A stretch of 63,492 nucleotides of DNA, filler included, from Octopus bimaculoides (Eukaryota), in NCBI RefSeq assembly GCF_001194135.2. It is 4 parts of 4 records of this genome, joined end to end, with 100 filler letters (N's around TTAATTAATTAA, not from the genome) between each part and the next. Parts side by side here need not be neighbours in the genome. Positions count along the whole stretch, not along the records: positions 1 to 27,150 come from NC_068981.1; 3 more parts are not named here. One strand, written 5' to 3'. Positions 1 through 11,445 of this stretch are shown here, piece after piece (the stretch's first letter is position 1; every line of letters starts with the position of its first letter). The notes beneath the pieces are model-generated. The model saw nothing but the letters and a program-made list of their open reading frames with translations. It searched no databases and was not told the DNA's origin. The position numbers and the translations under genes are program-made.

Positions 1-229
1 TATATATATATGTATGCATATATATATATATATGTATATAGTATATATATACGTATGTATGTGTGTGTGTGGTGCTGTAAGACTTTATATTTATACACAC
101 CCATACACATTTGTATGTGTATGTATGTTTATTTATATGTATATATATGTATGTATGCATGTATGTATATATGTAACTACGTTAGCAAAGCTCGTGATAT
201 ATATAGTTATGATAAAACGTGTATCATTG

Positions 230-276
<47 letters not shown>
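1..276. repeat. Compound (TA)n/(TATG)n/(TG)n microsatellite
   Basis: Directly visible simple repeats; ORFs here are YI/CV/VY repeat translations. Confidence 0.95.
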
Positions 277-277
<1 letters not shown>

Positions 278-1031
278 AAAGTCGGTAGGAAATTATTTGA
301 ACCCACGGTTTCACGTTCGTTTCTGAGTGGAAGCTACCGATCCTCAAAGAGTGGGGATCAGTCGCTCTAAGACTTCGTGAAAAAAATGCTCCATAAATTC
401 ATTTAAACATAAAACCTAAAATATTCTGATTCTCTTGGAACCCTTCGTAGTGAAGGTCATCAAGGTCATCAAGGTCAGTAATTTGTAATGGTCAGGTTTA
501 TCGATCATTTCAGACATTGTTGTTATACTGTTGGTTCAGTTGTACAAATTCAATAGTGTTCTACATAGCCACAGAATACATCTGTAGACATTTCGCCAAG
601 ATGGCTACTGGAGATATAACGATATAAAGATGACGTTATAGACAGAAAAAACGAGGGATTATCTGGTCTACTTTCAATCCGATGCTGGGATTTCATTATT
701 AACTGAGTACCCTTTTTAAACTATTCTCGGAGTCGCTGCTTGTAAAACCACAATAATTAATGCCCCAATTAAATTGGATACACCAATTTGCATATTTGAC
801 GCATATTTGGTAACTTATTGAATTGGTAAATTACTAAAGCGTTAACTGCAATGGGGAGAATTTTTGAAAATTGTTAGAAGTTATGGTTTAAAATTATTTT
901 TAATGCAAAAATTCACTTGTTAGGAAGGAAGAAAAAAATAAATGGCCGATTCCGGGCATTTTCGACCATGAGAAATCCATCGGGGCGACTCCCAAATTGC
1001 TATCTTGTAAGGTGTGGATTTCTATAGATGC

Positions 1032-1032
<1 letters not shown>

Positions 1033-1113
<81 letters not shown>

Positions 1114-1297
1114 AACTCAGCTTTACAATATGTACTGATGTACTGATGATATATATATACATATATATGTATATATGTATGTAAGTATACATATATATAT
1201 ATACGCACATATATAGATACATGTATACATACATACATACATACATACACATACATACATACATACATACACATACATACATACATACATACATACA

Positions 1298-1332
<35 letters not shown>

Positions 1333-1335
1333 GCC
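1033..1335. repeat. (CA)n, (TA)n and (CATA)n microsatellites
   Basis: Directly visible. Confidence 0.95.
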
Positions 1336-2689
1336 CATACATACTTTAGACTGACAGATTGAAAGACAAAGCCATTATATAGATTAATACGAACGAAACT
1401 TTTCATCGCTCTTTTTATCAAAACAACTTTTTATAGAATAATTTTATCAAGATATAATTTTGTGCAATTTTTTTTTTATTATGTAGAAAAATTCGAACGC
1501 AATATATTACAAAATATAATTTCGAAATAAATTTTTTATTTCAAAAGTCTGTAACAAGTATTTCTACCTGTAACAATTTCATAAGTTATTGGCAGCTGTT
1601 TGCAGATAACTTTTCCGTCATTAACCACGTGATATCCTGTTAAAATATTGTTTGGTCGTCTCTTTACCGCATCGTAATGTATTTCTCATGTTGGGCCATC
1701 AATACCATTCGCTAGTTGATTGATAAATATCTCATTAGCACATTATTTACGTTTGAAATTTATTTTTTCATAAGTCTAACTCATGTAAGATGAGTAATAA
1801 CCACGAGTTTGTTAAATGTGTTGCAGCAACTGTCAATGTTATTTATTATTGGTTCGTGGCCCGGTCATTCTGCGCAGATTCATATATGTGCATTCCAACA
1901 TCGTATTGGAAATCGCAGTTGTCGACATCTTGCTCATTGTATCACACGCAATTCACTTAGTTACAAAATAATTTCTGACCCCGTCGGGTTTAATGTTCAT
2001 CTGGCAACAAGATCACTTGTGAGGTTTCTCATCAGCGCTACTGGTAACATGGAATCCAGTACAACGTGCTGCATGGCCGGATCGTCAGCAACTAAACAGA
2101 CACCCCCAGGCTTATCTGGTGAGGAGGATTGCTAGAAACCTAGCAAGACTAAACACAAGCCCTATCAAAAAGGGCGGATGAATCTAGTGTAGATTCAACG
2201 ACTATCCAGTAAAAGTACTGGCCCTTAAAGATTCCAGGTTGGTGTTGCTGGCGTGCTGGAAGACCACTGGGAGTGACGGTACCCTAAGCCTTTGTTAAAA
2301 CTTGTCTCTAGAACCCGCTTCAAATCCCAGCTACGCCTGCTCCGGCACTCGGCGGAGACTTGGTCGGCGAATTCTCTGTGACGGTCAACAATCGACGGCA
2401 AAATGAGCCGCTACGGATCACACTATCCCAAAGTGTGTGTACATGTGACTAGGGACCACATGTGAACTTGTATTCCCACTGAAATTCCGAACGTGAATTG
2501 GAGTTGGCTCAACCCGCTCCAGACGAATGTCCCGCAAGTATAAGTAGAAGTGGTTCCAGCAAGTTCTAGTCTTCGAACAATTTTGACTGGGTACCAGAAA
2601 AGCTAGATTTTCAGTGTACCAACTCTATTGTACTAAATCTGAGTTTTACGCTACTAACATTGTCGGAAATGGGGGCAAAAATATAACCT

Positions 2690-3355
2690 AAAATCTGAAA
2701 CTTAGTTTAAAATACGGTGTGCATAATGTGTCCACAAACATGGAACGGCACTAGCTGTAAAATTTTGTCTCAGAAAAGCTTCTCGGAGACTTATGTGTTT
2801 AAAACAGGGCTGCACTCAGAACACCGATGAATCGCCAGACACGTTTCGACATAATTTGGTCTCCTCAGTGACGAAACCCTAAGATATTGTGGGCTAAGCC
2901 GAAAAATTATAATTTATATGAAATTAAACTGATATAAAGATCAGTAAAAGATTCATTTCCTAATTTATGTGAAAGGTAACCAGGTTTAGATTGGATAAAT
3001 ATACACAGTTGAAACAACCTTAGATTCAAATACCTGTGTGTATAACGTTTATAGTTATACCAACGTGGAAAGGTATAAGCGAATATTTTGTCTTGAAAAA
3101 GCTGTATGTTAAAAGCACGGGTCTTCGCTCAGAACACTGGTGGATCGCCAGAGACGGTGTTTCGACTTGAACTGGTTCTCTGCAGTAACAAATATCTCGG
3201 ACATTCGGAACTAAACCGAAAAATTATTGTTCCGACATAGAAATCGATAAACAAAACATTTACTGATTTGTGCGAAAGCTAGTCAGCTTAGAATTAAATT
3301 TGATATACGCACTTAAAATATTTTCAGATACCGGTGTATATAAATATTATACACA
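2690..3355 (-). repeat. Diverged tandem array of an about 313-bp unit (about 2.1 copies) carrying a hammerhead motif; retrozyme/Penelope-end-like
   Basis: TCAGAACAC..ATCGCCAGA.AC..GTTTCGAC recurs at 2816 and 3129 (offset 313). Flanking motifs (TGGAA.GG...ATTTTGTCT..AAAAGCT, CCGAAAAATTAT, ATAC..GTGT) also recur. Confidence 0.7.
2833..2873 (-). ncRNA. Type I hammerhead ribozyme (minimal)
   Basis: Minus strand reads CGUCA-CUGAGGA-GAC-CAAAUUAU-GUC-GAAA-CGUG-UC/UGGCG. The core is intact, stem I has 5 bp (one G-U), stem II 3 bp, stem III is short and near-palindromic, and the cleavage triplet is GUC. Confidence 0.8.
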
Positions 3356-4202
3356 CTGATGTTTTGAATTTAATTTTTTTTCTGGTGGAAAGTTCTTTGA
3401 CAATGAATACAATGAAGCAATTGTATATATGTATATATATGTGTATANNNNNNNNNNNNNNNNNNNNNATATATATATACTAATCATTTATATATATATA
3501 TATATATATATAAATGATTAGTATAAGATGTGGATACAGGAAATTGTGAGGCTACCACAGCAAGCTCCTCTGGCGGATTTGGCTATCAGACTACATAGTC
3601 TTATATGATGAGGAAAGGTTAATTTATATCAGAAAAAGCAAAAGAAAATCGCTACATCAGATATAAAAGGCTCTTAAACAAACTGAAAAATCCAGCAGAA
3701 AATTTGACTGTCACACATCTTTTAATATTTGTTCCAGAGAATAAGAGATGAACTGTTTATAAACCTTGGAATACTCCTCGTTTTCAAAAATGGTCATAAA
3801 TAGAATCAACATCATTGAAAGTCTTGTACTTCTATCAGGACAAATTTCTTATAAATTTGTTGCGTTCGGTTTATATTTTATGTCACACTTCCTAGTAAGA
3901 TGATACATTTTATCACAACATGCTGGCCTGAAGGCATTTATATTCTCCTGTTTTATGGCTTAATGCGTGGCTATCTCTTAAAAGTTTGAAGTGACATAGC
4001 GATGGCTTGGCTGAGATAGGTTTCGTTCACGTTCCACCTTAAGCGCCAAAAAAACCATCTGTTATCTTTTTATTTAACCATACTTCTTTTGTATTTTTAC
4101 CATATTTCTTTAAATGCTTATCTTCGTTTATTTCTTCTTTCACAGTTCAAATAATGGCGCAAGGCCAGCAGTATTTTTATATGTATATTAATTTCTTTCC
4201 AA

Positions 4203-4575
4203 CAGACGTGGATATGTGGTAGGAAGCTTGCTTCTCAAACACAAGGTTCCAGGTTCGGTCACACTGCGTGGCACCTTGGACAAGTGTCTTCTACTATATC
4301 CTCGGGCCGACCAAAGCCTTCTGAGTGTATTTGGTAGACGGAAACTGAAAGAAGACTGTCATGTAATTTTTTTTTACTCTTTTATTGGTTTCAGTCATTT
4401 GGCTGCGGCCATGCTGAAGCACCGTAACTTAGAGTTTCGGCAGAAGAGACCGATAGAATAAGTACCAAGCATTATAAAAAAAGAAATAATTCCTAGGATC
4501 GATTTATTCGACTAAAAGCCGTTCAAGGCGGTGCCCCAGCATGGCCGCAGTCAAACGTGGGGAAACAAGTAAAAG
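4203..4575 (+). mobile_element. tRNA-derived SINE, family A, with an inverted copy of its own 3' tail inside
   Basis: Head with A/B-box-like motifs and the ACCTTGG.CAAGTGTCTTCTACTAT body. 4376-4424 is the reverse complement of 4529-4575. Confidence 0.8.
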
Positions 4576-5007
4576 GTTATACGATGCTATTTGCCTCTCT
4601 TATGTGTACAAGCTACTAAAGTTAAGATGACAAAACGAAATTGACCACCGATCGGGTGAACGTATAACCGTATTGAGAAATGTCAGAAAGGTTAATAGAA
4701 AATAATCTCAAAATGGACAAGGGAAAGAACTCTTGGAATTTCAAATGGAAATGTGTAGAGGAAGTGAGGTAAGTATAATATCTTGTAGCAATGGTAATAA
4801 CTGCGTGCATGTTTCGGTCTTATTACTCATCCTCAGTGACGTGGAGTTCATTTACTGCTGCCAAGACCTCGATACAACAAATAGGTATAGTGCTTAATAT
4901 GAGAACGAATCCCTGAATAAGCAAATTAGATCAATGAGACTGACGGTGGTGGTGGTGGTGGTTCTGGTTGTCTAAACCATACATCTAACCATTTACCATT
5001 TTTTTTC

Positions 5008-5260
5008 CTCCAGACGTGGCCGAATGGTAAGAAGTTTTGCTTTCCAACCACATAGTTCCGGGTTCAGTCCCACTGCATGCTATCTTGGGTGAGTGTCTTC
5101 TACTATTGCGCCAGGCCGACCAAAGCCTTGTGAGTGGATTTGGTTGACGGAAACTGGAAGAAGCCTGTCGCATCTGTGTGTGTGTGCGTGCACGTTGTTG
5201 CGTGTGTGTGACTATATGTCTGTCCACCACCGCTTGAAAACCATAGTTGGTACGTTTACG
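5008..5260 (+). mobile_element. SINE family A, 5' half with internal (TG)n
   Basis: TGGCCGAATGG...GGTTCAGTCCC head; body matches the copies at 30417 and 57648. Confidence 0.85.
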
Positions 5261-5465
5261 ATAGAAAGAGAGAGAGAGAGANNNNNNNNNNNNNNNNNNN
5301 NNNNNNNNNNNNNNNNNNNNNNNNNNNNNNNNNNNNNNNNNNNNNNNNNNNNNNNNNNNNNNNNNNNNNNNNNNNNNNNNNNNNNNNNNNNNNNNNNNNN
5401 NNNNNNNNNNNNNNNNNNNNNNNNNNNNNNNNNNNNNNNNNNNNNNNNNNNNNNNNNNNNNNNNN

Positions 5466-5531
<66 letters not shown>

Positions 5532-5699
5532 TAGAAAGGTTGGTAGGTAGGTAGGTAGGTAGTTAGGTAGATAGAGAGGCAAGTAAGCTATCAGGTAGGT
5601 AAGTGGATGGATAGATACGTTGGTTGGGAGAAAATTAGACATATTTTATGGACAGACAGACAACAAACAGACAGACAGGTATGCAGATTAGATAGGAAG

Positions 5700-5962
<263 letters not shown>

Positions 5963-6560
5963 TGGAAGCGGTGGGCAGGCTGGCCGGTGGGCAGGCTGGC
6001 CGGTGGACCGACAGACAGGCAGGTTTATTTCCCATTCTAAACAAGAAACATTATCCCTAACGAAACCTGCTGTAAACTTTACAGGTGATAATGTTTACTA
6101 ACCACATTACAAACGATCTAACGAGGAACATGTGTTATATTTTGCCTTAAATACTCTTTTATATCACCTTGCAAGCTGAGCCGCTGCAGAAATCGCCATT
6201 AATTCTGCTCAGCATCGGCGCTTGTAGTGGAGGGAGGTAACTGCGATATTACGCTCTCGTGTGTTGTGATGTCTGGAGAATATCAAGTTGTAAGGAGTCT
6301 GGGATGATTGAGAAATGTCTTAATGCGTCTTAAAACAGACAGGAGAATGGATTTGAAGATACGCCGACACACACACAAAAACTGCTGTATGGTGATGTTG
6401 TGTTTGCGTGTCCAATTAGATAGATGCATACACACATACACCTGTGTGTTTATGATGAATATGTGTATATCGATGTATGTTGTGTGTATGTGTTCATATA
6501 TGTGCGTATATGTGTATGCATATATATATATATATATATATATGCATGTATGTATGTATA

Positions 6561-6734
6561 TACTCTTTTACTCTTTTACTTGTTTCAGTCATTTGACTGT
6601 GGCCATGCTGGAGCACCGCCTTTTCGTCAAGCAAATCGACACCAGGACTTATGCTTTGTAAGCCTAGTACTTATTCTATCGGTCTCTTTTGCCGAACCGC
6701 TAAGTTACGGGGACGTAAACACACCAGCATCGGT
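6561..6734 (-). mobile_element. SINE family A, 3' half
   Basis: Matches the reverse complement of 30800-30982, including the (GTAAAAGA)n tail. Confidence 0.85.
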
Positions 6735-8644
6735 AAAATTATGAGTTAGAGATTATTCAACCGTCTAAGGGATGAATGTATCCGTAGGCACTACTATGTA
6801 TAGACCTTGCTATAAGGCTAACAATAGTTGGTAATTTAAATGGTAAAACCGTGGTTGAATATATTCAGATAGGGAAAAAGAAATGGGGCAACAATTAACA
6901 ATTGCTAAATGGAACGAGATAAATGCAAATTTACTTCGAAATAACAAACTGAAACAGCTGTAAATGTTCTTGAACTACAATTAAACTATGACCTTTTAAT
7001 ACCAATGATCAACTTCTAATTGTTAATTGTTGCTCAGTTCTTTTTGTTATCTATCTATTTATATATGTATATATATATATATATATNNNNNNNNNNNNNN
7101 NNNNNNNNNNNNNNNNNNNNNNNNNNNNNNNNNNNNNNNNNNNNNNNNNNNNNNNNNNNNNNNNNNNNNNNNNNNNNNNNNNNNNNNNNNNNNNNNNNNN
7201 NNNNNNNNNNNNNNNNNNNNNNNNNNNNNNNNNNNNNNNNNNNNNNNNNNNNNNNNNNNNNNNNNNNNNNNNNNNNNNNNNNNNNNNNNNNNNNNNNNNN
7301 NNNNNNNNNNNNNNNNNNNNNNNNNNNNNNNNNNNNNNNNNNNNNNNNNNNNNNNNNNNNNNNNNNNNNNNNNNNNNNNNNNNNNNNNNNNNNNNNNNNN
7401 NNNNNNNNNNNNNNNNNNNNNNNNNNNNNNNNNNNNNNNNNNNNNNNNNNNNNNNNNNNNNNNNNNNNNNNNNNNNNNNATATATATTCGAGGAGATTCG
7501 TTATAGATATATAAATATACCATAAACAAGTATTAAACAATGGACAGAAGATGTTGAAACAGAAACAGATTTATTAAAGAACTGGATTTCTAATTTAACA
7601 TCTATCCATTTTTAAATACTTGTTTATGGTATATTCGTATATTTATAATGAATCTCCTCAAATATTATTTTCGTATTCTTATTACCTGTTTTGGCTGTTT
7701 TTCATGAATATGACGAATCCTTATTAGAAATCACATTTTCTCTCTTTTTGGATCCCCAAAACGTTTGAATTGTTCTTTTTGAACTTACCTTTTCTTATAT
7801 ATATATATGTATATATAACGAGCAAAATAACTAGTTTTGAACTTTCTAAACCGTAGAGTTTCTTTGCCAACATAAGGTGGCTGTTCTATCCAGAACTATA
7901 TTACTGCCTTTTAACTTGTTGTGCGAGCGTACGACGCCCCCTGGCGAGAATGGACTGGACCACTACATATAAATAGTAGCGTTCTGGGTAAGTGAGGTGA
8001 CTCTTTACATACCACCTAAGAAGGAGTTGCACCTCTGAAGAGGAAATGCGTGACGTCAAGAAAGTACGAAAAAAGATGGAAGGAAGTAGTCCGAATGTTG
8101 AGTACGTAAGTACCTAATGAAGCGGGGTGGGGAGGGGAAAGTACGAAGTAAACGATTCAACGCAGGAATGTCGTCGGTGGGATCAAACCCATTCCGCGTC
8201 CACTCATTCTTTCATTTTCACTCTCAATAATAATGTTTTTATTCACTGTATGTAATCTCATCCGACAAGTCCCCGACCCCTATTTTTCCCGTGTATTGTC
8301 CCCTCCTTGTCTAACCCCTGTAGCTTTAATAAAATCACCGGGCTAGTTCCACAGTTCGTGTGTTGATAGTTCAAAGTTGGAATTCGAAAATTTACAGTTC
8401 GAGTCAGCGTGTTGGATAGTTGCTACGTTCCTCGTGTTTACCGCCGTTTGTTTCGACTATATTGTTATTACACTGTCGCAGTGGATTCGTTTATCTATAA
8501 GGATATAACATAACCCAAGGAAAACATCATTCCCAGCTGCTTACCGACACACAACCTCGTTACGAGATCAACGGCTGACTGTCGCTTCTCTGTTTATATA
8601 TTGTGAGTCAGGTCGAGCGACTGCCATCTCTCGCCGGCAGGTAT

Positions 8645-8689
8645 CCAGTACTGATGACGGGAAAGGACCTTGAAACCACGGTCCACTGG
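8645..8689 (+). ncRNA. Type I hammerhead ribozyme, slightly degenerate
   Basis: CCAGUA-CUGAUGA-CGGG-AAAGGA-CCUU-GAAA-CCACGG-UC/CACUGG. The core is intact and stem I CCAGU/ACUGG pairs, but there are mismatches at the bases of stems I and II. Confidence 0.6.
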
Positions 8690-8848
8690 TCCTGCTAATG
8701 CTAGAGGGGAGTAGTTCGCTCCCTTACTCACAATATATCAGACACAGGTTGTGTGTCTTTAACCAGCTGGGAAAGATGTTTTCCTGAGTTTAAAAGGTAG
8801 TACCATAGTTCTGGATAGAACAGCCAGCTTACGTTGGCAAATAAACTC

Positions 8849-8882
<34 letters not shown>

Positions 8883-8885
<3 letters not shown>

Positions 8886-9122
8886 TGCGCCCTTTTAAAG
8901 CCTAGCCAGGCTCATGGGCCCGGTTTCCCGGTTTCAATGGTGTATACATTCCCAAGCTAGACGAAACGCCAGTCCATCGAAGCGTTACTCATTTTTGCCA
9001 GCTGAGTGAACTGGAGCAACGTGAAATGAAGTGTTTTGCTCAAGAACACAACGCGTCGCCCGGTCCAGGAATCGAAACCACAATCTTACGATGATGGTGC
9101 TGACACCCTAACCACTAAGCCT

Positions 9123-9124
<2 letters not shown>
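8883..9124 (-). mobile_element. tRNA-derived SINE: central domain C + tail E
   Basis: Head TTAGTGGTTAGG...GGTTTCGATTCC, centre TTGTGTTCTTGAGCAAAACACTT...CAGCTGGCAAAAATGAGT, tail AACCGGGAAACCGGGCCCATGAGCCTGGCTAGGC. Confidence 0.85.
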
Positions 9125-9153
<29 letters not shown>

Positions 9154-9961
9154 NNNNNNNNNNNNNNNNNNNNNNNNNNNNNNNNNNNNNNNNNNNNNNN
9201 NNNNNNNNNNNNNNNNNNNNNNNNNNNNNNNNNNNNNNNNNNNNNNNNNNNNNNNNNNNNNNNNNNNNNNNNNNNNNNNNNNNNNNNNNNNNNNNNNNNN
9301 NNNNNNNNNNNNNNNNNNNNNNNNNNNNNNNNNNNNNNNNNNNNNNNNNNNNNNNNNNNNNNNNNNNNNNNNNNNNNNNNNNNNNNNNNNNNNNNNNNNN
9401 NNNNNNNNNNNNNNNNNNNNNNNNNNNNNNNNNNNNNNNNNNNNNNNNNNNNNNNNNNNNNNNNNNNNNNNNNNNNNNNNNNNNNNNNNNNNNNNNNNNN
9501 NNNNNNNNNNNNNNNNNNNNNNNNNNNNNNNNNNNNNNNNNNNNNNNNNNNNNNNNNNNNNNNNNNNNNNNNNNNNNNNNNNNNNNNNNNNNNNNNNNNN
9601 NNNNNNNNNNNNNNNNNNNNNNNNNNNNNNNNNNNNNNNNNNNNNNNNNNNNNNNNNNNNNNNNNNNNNNNNNNNNNNNNNNNNNNNNNNNNNNNNNNNN
9701 NNNNNNNNNNNNNNNNNNNNNNNNNNNNNNNNNNNNNNNNNNNNNNNNNNNNNNNNNNNNNNNNNNNNNNNNNNNNNNNNNNNNNNNNNNNNNNNNNNNN
9801 NNNNNNNNNNNNNNNNNNNNNNNNNNNNNNNNNNNNNNNNNNNNNNNNNNNNNNNNNNNNNNNNNNNNNNNNNNNNNNNNNNNNNNNNNNNNNNNNNNNN
9901 NNNNNNNNNNNNNNNNNNNNNNNNNNNNNNNNNNNNNNNNNNNNNNNNNNNNNNNNNNNNN

Positions 9962-10003
<42 letters not shown>

Positions 10004-10049
10004 TTATATATGTGTGTGGGTGCGTGTGCATGTGTGTGTGGGGGGGGTG

Positions 10050-10085
<36 letters not shown>

Positions 10086-10445
10086 TATATATACACGTGT
10101 GTGTGTGTGTGTATTTAAGAAATGGTGTATAAAACAAACGAAAGTGTGCACAAGAATTAGGGGGAATCAGAAAAAGAGAGGAAGAAATTGGTCTGTGAGA
10201 AAGAGAGAAAGAGAGAGAAAGAGAGAGAAAGAGAGAGAAAGAGAGTGAAAGAGAGAGAAAGAGAGAAGGGGAGAGAGGAGGGAGAGGAGGGAGAGAGAGG
10301 GGGAAGGAGAATAAAACCGTGAAGGATATATATGACTTGAGTTTATGTATATGTATATGCACACAAACGACACATACATATATATATACATATATGTATG
10401 TATATATATATATATGTATGTAAGTATGTATGTATATATATATAT

Positions 10446-10477
<32 letters not shown>

Positions 10478-10572
10478 TTGTATGTATGTATATATATATA
10501 TGTGTATGTATGTATGCATGTTTGTGTATATATATACATATATATACATATATATGTATATGTGTATATATG

Positions 10573-10607
<35 letters not shown>

Positions 10608-11339
10608 TTGTATGTATGTATATATATATGTGTATGTATGTATGCATGTTTGTGTATATATATATATATATATATATACATATATATACATATATATGTA
10701 TATGTGTATATATGTATATATATATATATNNNNNNNNNNNNNNNNNNNNNNNNNNNNNNNNNNNNNNNNNNNNNNNNNNNNNNNNNNNNNNNNNNNNNNN
10801 NNNNNNNNNNNNNNNNNNNNNNNNNNNNNNNNNNNNNNNNNNNNNNNNNNNNNNNNNNNNNNNNNNNNNNNNNNNNNNNNNNNNNNNNNNNNNNNNNNNN
10901 NNNNNNNNNNNNNNNNNNNNNNNNNNNNNNNNNNNNNNNNNNNNNNNNNNNNNNNNNNNNNNNNNNNNNNNTATATATATACGCACACGTGCATGGCTAT
11001 TCAAATATGTACGCTGTATTTTTCATATTGTTGTGAAATGGTGTCTTTTACAAAGAAGTTTTACAATAAACATATTCGCTATTTAGTTGATCTCCAGAGA
11101 CAACATCTGAATCTCCAGTCGTTTATAAATGACAATTTTGTAAATACTCTCCACTACTTTAGAAACGAGTGTTTTGTTGAACAGAACAGCGAACAAATTA
11201 ACAACAACATAACATACATAGACTCGGAACAACATACACCCAGATTTCGATTTAATGTCTTTATCTCCAATATGTTTTGGCTTCGTTTGTTATAATTCTT
11301 GTAATTTTAAGCTGAAAGGGAGACATTTTAGATTTTAAT

Positions 11340-11445
11340 CCAGTGTTATATCGTCCAAAGTATAGTTTTCTTTATTGAAGACGTTGAGGTATTTTGAAGA
11401 GAACTTTGCTGCTATTTCTAGCTGATCGGACAGCTGCTTTGCAAC
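11340..11445 (-). repeat. Dispersed repeat family F (CTAGAAATAGCAGCCAAA motif)
   Basis: The same motif and downstream context recur at about 35885, 39125, 41700, 43480, 50255 and 50510. Confidence 0.55.

Noticed and set aside
2000-2460. GC-richer stretch as an RTE 5' UTR or coding exon
   Set aside because: No diagnostic motif or second copy in the window; left unclassified.
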